Source: Eledone cirrhosa
Lineage: Eukaryota
Direction of reading: 5' to 3'
Assembly: GCA_964016885.1 (NCBI GenBank)
Contig: OZ024741.1
Location: 207,080,001-207,144,000 of the forward strand
DNA: 64,000 nt
A model generated the notes under the pieces. It searched no databases. It was given only the letters and a program-made list of their open reading frames with translations, and was not told where the DNA came from. The position numbers were made by a program, and so were the translations under genes. This document shows positions 13,247-23,940 of the stretch, piece after piece (the stretch's first letter is position 1; each line of letters starts with the position of its first letter).

Positions 13247-14418
13247 TCATTATCTATGAAAGGCAGATTGTTGTCGTTGTGTGTGTGTGTGTGAGTGTGC
13301 ATGTTCCATGTTTATACATTTGCACAGTTTCAAACCAATGCGACTCAACGTCTGTAAGAATGTTGTAAATGGTATAATTTAGGACTACGACTATTTACTT
13401 CATTCACACTCACCCACAATTAAAACTAAATACATGACGCTTTAGCCCTCTCTCTACTCCCCTTAAACTTTAAGAGAGAGGGTGAGAGGGAGAGAGAGCG
13501 AACGTTTGTGGATCAGTCAAACATTTATTTACTTCAATGACAAAGAGAACTTATTACATTTCATACGAAACAACAATTATTCAAAAGTAACAGATAAATT
13601 TATTCAACAACAAAAAAAATAGCGATAAATCTTTTTTTTAAACATCTATCAACGAACGTGGAAGAAAGAAGTATCAGTTCATTTACTATACACAATAATA
13701 TCCTCTATGAGGTCACTAAACCTGCTAGAAACAGCAGCTAACTCTCCTCCATATCACACCACTCCCTACTGTCTTAAATTTAGAAAACATATCCTCTATA
13801 AGGTCACTAAACCTGCTAGAAACAGCAGCTAACTCTCCCCCATATTCAAAAGCAACAGATAAATTTATTCAACAACAACAAAAATAGCGATAAATCTTTT
13901 TTAAAACATCTATCTACGAACGTGGAAGAAAGAAGTATCAGTTCATTTACTATACACAATAATATCCTCTATGAGGTCACTAAACCTGCTAGAAACAGCA
14001 GCTAACTCTCCCCCATATCACACCACTCCCTACTGTCTTAAATTTAAAAAACATATCCTCTATGAGGTCACTAAACCTGCTAGAAACAGCAGCTAACTCT
14101 CCCCCATATCACACCCCTCCCTACTGTCTTAAATTTAGAAAACACGCATTAGACAACCATGCAGAACAACTCCATCGCAGCTCTGTTGTTCGGCTGGCAT
14201 CGTCTACGCGCGTGTTGCGCAAGTACTGTGAAACAATAAATTTCAACACTTCTTTGCACAGAGATAATATCCATAGGCGAAACTACAATTTCGGCAGTCC
14301 AGGTCTGCAATTCATTCACCCAGAGCCTGGCAGAGAAAAAAGTGCTGCCATAAAATGGGTGGTGCAACCTAACTTTGGTAACTTACTGACCCCGAGCAAC
14401 GCCGGGCTTTAATGCTAG
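13247..14418 (+). mobile_element. Non-autonomous Helitron nested in the RepHel element
   Basis: A|TC start. 3' hairpin cccgagcaacgccggg followed by tgCTAG|T, no TSD. Internal duplications of a SINE-like tail. Confidence 0.8.
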
Positions 14419-14503
14419 TACATATATAAATATACCTGAATCATATGTATGTATGTATGTATTTATCTATGCATGTATGCATATATGAAATATATATATA
14501 TAT

Positions 14504-14688
14504 ATAGGAAAAAAGTATGACCCCGACGGCAGAGCTCAAGCCGTTTCGACGGCTATTTCTGAGTCCAGAAATAGCCGTCGAAACGGCTTGAGCTCTGCCG
14601 TCGGGGTCATACTTTTTTCCTATTTTCCACTCTACTACCCTAAGTAGTACGTTATGGTCCATCTGGTTCCTTACCACATTTCCTTTGT
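14504..14688 (+). mobile_element. Hammerhead family B element, fold-back (truncated plus inverted) copy
   Basis: Perfect ~58-bp inverted repeat at 14504-14623 with loop AGTC. The right arm and tail match 38219-38355. Confidence 0.75.
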
Positions 14689-15627
14689 TATATATATATG
14701 TATTTATCTATGCATGGATGTATATATAAAAAAATATATATATAAATATAACTGTAAACATATGTACGTATTTATTTATGCATGCATACATATATAAAAT
14801 ATTGTCATATTTACAAAAATATTTTTCTAATATCGTGTTTAATATTTTATATTGTCGTCTGCTTCTCTTCTCACAACATGTGGTTACTTACTGTCTCACT
14901 CTCTCTTTCTTTCCCCTCTCACACAGCCTCTTCTTTCTCTCTCTTTTTGCCAGTCCCTTCTCTCACACAGCCTTCTCTCTCTCTTCCCCTTTTTGTTTGT
15001 TTCTTACTTTCTGTCGCTGTTTCCCTCCTATAGACATTCTCTCTATTTCTTTTTCTGTCCCTCTCTCTCTTCTATTCTGAACTTTCTACTTCCTTCTCAA
15101 ATCATTAACTCTCAACCAGAGACTGATATACTACAGAACCTACTTCAAATGTTCAAAGAAAATATCATTACAAACTGACTAATCACCGAGAAGAGATTGT
15201 GAAACACAATGCTGTAAATGTTATGTATATGTCGTTAAGGAATTGTCACAACAACTATATTCCGTGACAACGGCAATCAAATTACTGAGTACAATACTTG
15301 TCTACCTTGTAGGTTCTAAAAGTTCATCAGTGCTAATTAATAAAACAATCTTGTAATACACAATATACAGCGTCATCTAAAGTGGTTATGTTGCTTTTAT
15401 AAAAACATCTCGCATCATCCTTTAGCAATGTGTAAAATTGTAAGAGATCGGGTGAATAATACGCAAGTTATAATACACACACAGACAGAACGGGACTCGA
15501 TCTCATTGAAAATCTGTATTTGAATAAATCTGAAACAAATCAAATCAAAGAAATTTACCTGGTTGCTGTTTATAGGACTTCTAATGAAGATTTTGAATGT
15601 AAAGTTCTATAAGGATTAGAAAGATGG

Positions 15628-15721
<94 letters not shown>

Positions 15722-15938
15722 GTAAACATATGTATGTATTTATCTATGCATGTATGTATATATAAAATATTGTCATATTTACAAAAATATTTTTCTAATA
15801 TCGTGTTTAATATTTTATATTGTCGTCTGCTTCTCTTCTCACAACATGTGGTTACTTACTGTCTCACTCTCTCTTTCTTTCCCCTCTCACACAGTCTCTT
15901 CTTTCTCTCGCTTTTTGCCAGTCCCTTCTCTCACACAG

Positions 15939-16006
<68 letters not shown>

Positions 16007-16684
16007 TCCGCTTCCTTTTTTGTCTCTTTCTTTCTGTTGCTGTTTCCCTCCTATAGACATTCTCTCTTTTTTTCCCCTCTCACACAGACTCTTCTTTCTC
16101 TCTCTTTTTGCCAGTCCCTTCTCTCACACAGCCTTCTCTCTCTCTCTCTCTCCCTTTCGCTTCCTTTTTTGTCTCATTCTTTCTGTCGCTGTTTCCCTCC
16201 TATAGACATTCTTTCTCTTTATTTTTCTGTCCCTCTCTCTCATCTACTCTGCACTTTCTACTCCCTTCTCTTTCTCAATGTACCGCGTGTCTGTTTATCG
16301 GAGTTATGAGTAAAAACATACACACGTATACGTACCGATATAAATATATATTTATATATTCATTTTTATCTTTATTCTTTTACTTTATAACACTCCCTTA
16401 CTTACTATTTTTACTGTATTCTAATTTTTTTCATTTTTCATATATATTTTTATTCTTTATTTTTATTATTCTATATGTATTAGTATGTACACGTGCATAC
16501 ATATATGTATACAGACGTACAGTAGTATGTATATATATATACATACATGCACACATATATATATGTACGTATGGATTCACCGAACATTTATTATAATGCT
16601 CGGTGTGTTTGTAAACAAACATCCCGTATTAAGCCGTAGTGTCCAGCAACCATCGTTGCTCCTTTGTTCAACACTGACAAAGGA

Positions 16685-16727
16685 ACGCTGTACTAGTTTC
16701 AAGCTTATTAGCTATCATCAGCAACGT
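16685..16727 (-). ncRNA. Minimal type I hammerhead ribozyme, family A
   Basis: Minus strand: acgttg-CTGATGA-tagctaataagctt-GAAA-ctaGTA-cagcgt. Confidence 0.75.
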
Positions 16728-16837
16728 ATACCTTCCTGCCAGATTGTTGAACGTATATACTTACCTTATGCATATTAACGGCTGAGTTAATATGCATAAG
16801 GTAAGTATATACGTTCAACAATCTGGCAGTAAGGTAT

Positions 16838-16880
16838 ACGTTGCTGATGATAGTTAATAAGCTTGAAACTAGTACAGCGT
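16838..16880 (+). ncRNA. Minimal type I hammerhead ribozyme, family A
   Basis: acgttg-CTGATGA-tagttaataagctt-GAAA-ctaGTA-cagcgt. Stem III is the palindrome ACTAGT and the cleavage triplet is GUA. Confidence 0.75.
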
Positions 16881-18038
16881 TCCTTTGTCAGTGTTGAACA
16901 AAGGAGCAACGATGGTTGCTGGACACTACGGCTTAATACGGGATGTTTGTTTACAAACACACCGAGCATTATAATAAATGTTCGGTGAATCCATATGTAC
17001 ATATATATATGTGTGCATGTATGTATATATATATACATACTACTGTACGTCTGTATACATATATGTATGTACGTGTACATACTTATATTTAAGTAACAGC
17101 CGTACTAAGAGTGGGAAATGAAATTCGTTTCATTTTTTCCGTCTATATGTATTATTATATATGTATCCATACCTTTGACATTGTGTCTCACTATGTCACA
17201 CACCCCTAACCCTTGCGCAAGCTTTCAAATGTTCATGTCTGTATTTGTGTATATGTATATTTGTGTACGTCGCCATATATGCATGTCTGTATTTGTGTAT
17301 ATGTATATTTGCGTACGTCGCCATATATGCGTGTATGTATGTGTGTGTACTGTGTGTGTTTAGCCCTAACTTTTTATGTATATGTATATCATGCTTTTCT
17401 ATGAGTGTGTTTTTGTGTTTTAGTTTCAGTTTTTTGTTTCATCGTCTTTTGTTTTTGTTTTTTATCTTTACCTCCTTAAGTGTGCATGCTTGTTTTTATT
17501 TCATTTTTACTATTATTTTTATTTTTATTTTATTCTTATTTTATATTTATTTTTGATCATTTTATGTTTGTTTTTATTCATTTATAATTTATATATTTTT
17601 TTGCATAAGGTTTTTTTTATTTATTTTTTTTTATTTTTATCTTTAATTTTTATTATATTATTTTACCATTTCATTTTTATATTTTAATGTATGTATATAT
17701 TCTTATTTATATGTGCGTATATAGTCGTCTATCAACTACTATATATGTATTTTACTTCTACCTTCATTTATGTATACGTGTTTTCAAATGCGTACATACA
17801 CATATATTTTTTACTATACACATGCAATTGTATATGTAGATTTATCTATGCATGTATGTATATATAAAAATATTGTCATATTTACAAAAATATTTTTCTA
17901 ATATCGTGTTTAATATTTTATATTGTCGTCTGCTTCTCTTCTCACACGTGGTTACTTACTGTCTCACTCTCTCTTTCTTTCCCCTCTCACACAGTCTCTT
18001 CTTTCTCTCTCTTTTTGCCAGTCCCTTCTCTCACACAG

Positions 18039-18088
<50 letters not shown>

Positions 18089-18412
18089 TCCGCTTCCTTT
18101 TTTGTCTCTTTCTTTCTGTCGCTGTTTCCCTCCTATAGACATTCTCTCTTTTTTTCCCCTCTCACACAGACTCTTCTTTCTCTCTCTTTTTGCCAGTCCC
18201 TTCTCTCACACAGCCTTCTCTCTCTCTCTCTCTCTCCCTTTCGCTTCCTTTTTTGTCTCATTCTTTCTGTCGCTGTTTCCCTCCTATAGACATTCTTTCT
18301 CTTTATGCCTGACCGATTTAACTCACTCAATATGCAAATTAGGCTGCTCAGCCGTTAATTTTCATAAGGAAAGTATATACTTTCGAAGGTTCAACTATCT
18401 GGCAGATGGGTA

Positions 18413-18457
18413 AACGGTGCTGATGATAGCTAACAAGCTTGAAACTAGTACATCGTT
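18413..18457 (+). ncRNA. Minimal type I hammerhead ribozyme, family A
   Basis: aacggtg-CTGATGA-tagctaacaagctt-GAAA-ctaGTA-catcgtt, with a 7-bp stem I. Confidence 0.8.
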
Positions 18458-18618
18458 CCTGTGTCAGTGTTGAACAAAAAGGTGACGTGGTTGCCTTAAC
18501 ACAGTATGGCATAAATTCAGGCTGTTCAGTTTGTTTACAAACGAACAAAGCGGCGTTATAATAAGCGTCCGCTAAACTGATGCGTGCATATATGTATGTG
18601 TACCTGTATGTATATATG

Positions 18619-18658
<40 letters not shown>

Positions 18659-18899
18659 TGCTACTGTACGTCTGTATACATATATGTATGTACGTATACA
18701 TACATATTACATTTAAGTAAGTGCCATACTAAGAGTGAGAAATGAAATTTCGTTTTCATTTTTTTTTTTTTTTCAACTTATCGTTTTCGGTATGCCTGAC
18801 CGATTTAACTCACTCAATATGCAAATTAGGCTGCTCAGCCGTTAATTTTCATAAGGAAAGTATATACTTTCGAACGTTCAACTATCTGGCAGATGGGTA

Positions 18900-18944
18900 A
18901 ACGGTGCTGATGATAGCTAACAAGCTTGAAACTAGTACATCGTT
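18900..18944 (+). ncRNA. Minimal type I hammerhead ribozyme, family A
   Basis: Same motif as 18413-18457. Confidence 0.8.
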
Positions 18945-19111
18945 CCTGTGTCAGTGTTGAACAAAAAGGTGACGTGGTTGCCTTAACACCGTATGGCATA
19001 AATTCAGGCTGTTCAGTTTGTTTACAAACGAACAAAGCGGCGTTATAATAAGCGTCCGCTAAACTGATGCGTGCATATATGTATGTGTACCTGTATGTAT
19101 ATATGTATATG

Positions 19112-19177
<66 letters not shown>

Positions 19178-19294
19178 TGGTACTGTACGTCTGTATACAT
19201 ATATGTATGTACGTATACATACATACTTACATTTAAGTAAGTACCATACTAAGAGTGAGAAATGAAATTTCGTTTTCATTTTTTTTTTTTTCAA

Positions 19295-19335
<41 letters not shown>

Positions 19336-19689
19336 GTAGGAGAGAGAGAGTGTGTGGGTGAAATCATAAGTTGCAAACAAACCAACAAAAGAAATAAAAT
19401 CTGAACTCTATCCAACGAGGGATAAATTCTATGTGGTTGATTAGCCAAGAATTCCATAGCATGGGCCCCCGTTGGCTTCAAAGATGATTGTTTCATTCAC
19501 TCAATCTAGCACGAAATATTATGTGCAAGTGACTGAATGTTTTCCACATTTAATGTAATTCGCAGACGATTCAGTTTGACACAATGTGTGATAAGGATGA
19601 ACTTCGTAAATTTCATACGACTGGCTTCCAAAAGGTTTTCATCGTCCAAATATAACTCACATTGCATGTCTTCACTTGAGATTATGGCA

Positions 19690-19830
19690 AACGACACATG
19701 TCAACGACGCCACGCAGTGGGATCGAAGCCAGGACCTAATAATATCGATGTGAACACTTGAAGCATTCGGCTATGCTACGCCCAATTCCCTACCATATTA
19801 AAACGAGAAAGGATACATTGGATAATGTAC
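19690..19830 (-). mobile_element. Degenerate tRNA-derived SINE fragment(s)
   Basis: Minus strand ggcgtagcatagccgaatg...ggcttcgatcccactgcgtggc resembles a decayed A/B-box head. Confidence 0.4.
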
Positions 19831-20340
19831 TCCGGAGTACACTATTCATTGCAAAGAACCTGATGGTTACGGTTATTTGGCCTTTGACCATGGGTCTGCT
19901 CAATTAGTTCCATCCTAGGCCTTACCAGCAATTGCAACGGCAACGACGACGAGAACAGAAAAATCAACAGCAGTATATATACTGTAAGATAAATTACTGC
20001 TAAGTTAGATAACTTCCATTCTCACTGTCTGGGTGACATATTAATCCATTATACAATCAAGTAATGTTCTCTCATATCCATTTTCTAATCCTGCAGCTGT
20101 GGAGGTAACACGTTCAATTAGTAAGACTCACATTTTACTCAATGTTTTCCTTCTATTCTTAATCCATCCCAAATCCTTTATATTCCCTTCATTCTCTCAC
20201 CCTCACTCTCCCCTACCCCCTTCTCTCTCTCTCTCTCTCTCTCTCTCTAACTTTCTCTGACTCCACCTCACCCTTTTCTCTCTGCAGAACCTTTTCTCTC
20301 TCTCTTTCTTACTCCCTTTCTCACTCCCTTTCTCTCTCTC

Positions 20341-20451
<111 letters not shown>

Positions 20452-20549
20452 TCCATCTCTCCATTCTTGTAAATTAATCTGATAGTTTACGGGGTTTGGA
20501 GAAGTGAGTTGGGTATTTTCAATTTGTTTCTTTTTCTTCTGTTGCAGCC

Positions 20550-20929
20550 AGATACTTTTCTCTTCAACCTTTTAAAGTTCCACTTGGAAAGGAATGGCGA
20601 GTGAAGAAGGAAGTGCTGCTCCTCTGTGAATTTGTTGAAAGGTGGGTTAATGAAGCGAGTATAGTCCGTGTGAATTGGCCTACTCTGACTATGCTGCCTG
20701 GTTTGGAGAAGAAAGAGCCACCCTCCTAAAGTACTCTTTGAAAGTAGTTTGGTTTAGGATTAGTTTGGTTCCTAAGTTAACCCTGGGTGCTACTCCTCCT
20801 ATTGTAAAATTTTCATTGTTATGATTTTATTGAGTATTTTGTTTGGTCTATCTTTTTACACTTTTTTATTTTTAAATCCCACTTTTCTATTCTCCTCAAT
20901 ATTTCAGTACTTGTAGCCAACAAAGAAAT
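20550..20929 (+). mobile_element. 3' fragment of an older Tx1 subfamily
   Basis: Similar to 5810-5950 (aagttccacttg...tttgttgaaaggtgggt). Ends gccaacaaagaaat. Confidence 0.65.
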
Positions 20930-23913
20930 GTTTATCTGTGAAGTCGATTTAGACAAACTTCATAGGCAAGGATCCGAGTACCTGAAGCTGAATGCATCTT
21001 TCCCGGCGCGCAAAGCTTACAGCGAATTAATTAGTTGCGTTGACGGGTGCGATCGTGAATAACAGGTGGTGGTTCACACCGAAAAGGGCAATTAGAGTAG
21101 AATCGATAATCTTTAGTAAAGGAGTAGCGATAGAGGAAAATAGAGTAGAGGGAGAGCTAGTTAGAAAGCTAGTAGAAGAGGCGTTTAGGACAGGCATAGC
21201 AACAGACGTGCTTGCAGTGTGATTGGCAGTCGTCCACTTCTTCAAAACAAACCATGAAGGCTGCGTTGTCAGAGCTAGAGCGCGTGCTCTGAGAGACGAG
21301 GGGACGAAAGCCGTCCAATGAGCCCTGGTGATGGAGGTGCGACGTGGCAACAAAGCCACAATTCGATCAGTGCCTGACCAAAACGGGCGCATGTTACTCG
21401 AAATCGAGCAGATGTGTGAGGCTTTTCAGCAGCACTTTGCTCAACTGTTCGGGAGCAGCGGCGGGCCATAGGGGTATGAACTTCATGCATACCTCGAAGG
21501 ACTGCCGCAGCTCTCGCCGACCGTGGCGTAGTATTGTGAAAAGCCGATAACAGTAGGTGAAATACAGGAAGCAATGTCTGACTGCACGAGGGGTAAATCG
21601 CCAGCTCTAGATGGTCTGCCCTACGAGCTTTATGCATTTATGCTAGACTTGTTCGGTGACCTCTTGGCAGACATCTACTGCAACTGGCAGCAGAACGGAA
21701 GCATTTCCGGTTTTGTAAGCCGGGGAGCGGTGGCGCTGCTGAGAAAAGACCCGGACAAGGGTGATAACCCTGCTAAATGAAGAGTTCAAGATTTTGGCCA
21801 AGGTGTTAGCAACATGGTTGGCGCTTGTCGTCAAGGGTCTGGTGAGAGAGGCGCAGACATGTGCCATTATGGAGATATCCATACAGGACAAACTCCACCT
21901 CATGCGATACATCATAGAGAGGGCGGTTAAGGAACCTGGCACGGGTGGGGCTCTGATCAACTTGGTTCAATCCAAATCCTTCAATAGGGTCGACCATCGG
22001 TACCTGGCGGTGGTCTTAGAGGCAGCCGGTTTCGGGCCCGTTTTCAGGGGTTGGATCGCTGCGATGTACAGCGACATCTGCTCAGTTGTGAGGGTGAACG
22101 GTCACCTGTCGCAGCCGTTCAGCATCATGCACTCAGTCCACCAGGGTTGTCCTCTCTCGTCCCTCTTGTACGTATTGTCTCTCGAGCCGTTAATTCACAA
22201 ACTGGGGGCGATTAGGGGCGTCCCACGCGAACTAGGATGCTGTAAATCCGAGTCGGCTTACGCCGACGACGTCAGCCTGGTGGTGTCGAGAATCAGACAC
22301 GTCCAGATGTTCGGCACCGCTCTCAAGGAATACGAAGCGGTGACAGGAGCAAAGATAAACCAGGAAAAGTCGGTGGGCTTGCAGCTCGGCACCTGGAGAG
22401 GCAAGTCCATGCCGTCCGACAGCGTCGTGGGGCGTTGGACGGACGGACCAGTTAAATTACTCGGGGTCTGGTTCGGACCGGACCTCCAGATGGAGAAAAT
22501 CTGGGGCGAGGTGACGAGCAGCGTGGCCTCCCTCACCCAGAAATGGGCCGAGAGGAAGCTGTCCCTGAAGGTCCGAGCGGAGGTGGAGAATGCGTACATC
22601 GCATCGGTCATCTGCTACCCCTTCACTGTCGTCCCTTGCTTCGGCCCAACTCTCACCAAAATGGAGCGCCTCCTCTTCCGCTTTTTGTGGAAGGGACGTA
22701 CTCCCATGTTCAGACGATCCATCTGCTGTCAACACCTGTTGCATGGAGGACTGGGCATGCCATGGCTGATGATGTGCAAACATGCGCTGAGGCTTCGACA
22801 TCTCTGGTGCTTCCTTGACGGTGAACAGGTGTGGTCGCCGTTCGCCAGGCACGTTTTCCCACAGCTCGTCTCCTTGATGGAGCTGCAGTCCTGGGTCAGA
22901 AAAAGTCCGAGGGATAGCGCTTGGAAACTGGAATGTCTCCAGGCGCTCACTGCCCTCTACCAGCTGAGCACCAGTATCGGTGGAACATCCACCTCGGCGT
23001 TCTATAGAGGATTAGTGGAGGGGAAGAACGACGACGTTCTCGGAGAGATACTGGGCGTCGAAGAAGATGAGCTGTTTGCTCTCTTCCGGAGCACTGTCAG
23101 CCCAGGGCCTATGGATAACTTCCAAACATCCCTAGTCTGGCAGTGCTACCGGGGAGTGCTGCCGGTTCGAGATAAGCTCTACACGCACGGAGGTGCCGTC
23201 AGCCGAGACTGTCCGAGATGCGCGCAGGGCGACGAAACTGTCGTGCACGCACTCGTTCAGTACCCGAGCATTGCTGACTTGTGGAGCTATGTCGAACAGT
23301 TGCTGTCGCGTGTGGGACTGATCCGGTTATCGACTGAGTCCATTGTGTAAATGGTCTCGCCGTCTTCCTTCGAGGAGGAAGGGCAGGCGGTTTTTATCTG
23401 CCTAGTGGCCATGGCGAAAGAGATTGTGAGGTGGACAAGGTTGAAAGACAGACACTTTCCTCTTCGGCGAATCCCTAATTAACTTTTTCAAGTTTCACTT
23501 GAAGAGGAAAATCACGGTGGAGAGGAAAGTGCTGCCTTCTAGCAAGTTTTTTGAAAGGTGGGTGAATATATAGAGAATGGTCCGAGTGAACGGGACCGCC
23601 CTGAATATACGTCTGTAGTTTGAGAGACGGAAAAATTGAGAGAGGGCGCTTGCCCTGGTGGTCAGGGTGGCCGTGGTCTTTTGTGTGGTTTTCGCCCCGA
23701 GTAACCCACGGAGGTTTCCCCCTATTGGGGAATTTTTCATTGTTTCAATTTTCATTTTTATTGTTTATATATGTTTCTATGTATTTTTTTCTTTTTTAAT
23801 ATAAATGATAAAAATATTTACATGCACAAAACCCACATCGTACCGTCCTGTACCGTCCTGTGCCGTCTGTAATGTTTTTCTTGATGTTAGCCCTTGTGGC
23901 CAATAAAGAAATC
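20930..23913 (+). mobile_element. 5'-truncated Tx1 LINE copy, same family as 398-6274
   Basis: Colinear with ~3290-6274. The 529-aa RT ORF 21761-23350 has QGCPLS and YADD. Ends AATAAAGAAATC(ATT)n. Confidence 0.92.
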
Positions 23914-23940
23914 ATTATTATTATTATTATTATTATTATT

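Larger units (their letters stand above)
7981..15497 (-). mobile_element. Autonomous-type Helitron, decayed, with nested insertions
   Basis: RepHel remnants. Minus-strand 3' end is the hairpin ccgtccaatggactgg followed by ...tgCTAG|T at 7981. The 5' subterminal sequence near 15497 matches the neighbouring Helitron start. Confidence 0.75.
16482..17083. repeat. ~600-bp near-perfect palindrome of two family A elements
   Basis: Arms 16482-16779 and 16786-17083 with a 6-nt spacer. Mirror-image ORFs 16485..16778(+) and 16787..17080(-). Confidence 0.95.
18306..19277 (+). mobile_element. Tandem dimer of the family A hammerhead element (period ~487 bp), retrozyme or Penelope-pLTR-like
   Basis: Near-identical units at ~18306-18792 and ~18793-19277, each with a hammerhead and an internal (TA)n. 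No credible ORF. Confidence 0.8.

Noticed and set aside
14504-14623. Stowaway/Tc1-type MITE with TA TSD
   Set aside because: The hairpin is followed by a one-sided tail shared with the hammerhead element at 38.2 kb, so fold-back of that element explains it better.
16485-19224. Repeated ORFs containing [17 protein letters not shown] as a small protein family
   Set aside because: They are antisense readings across the hammerhead core and start within (TA)n; the conservation is explained by RNA structure and recent duplication.
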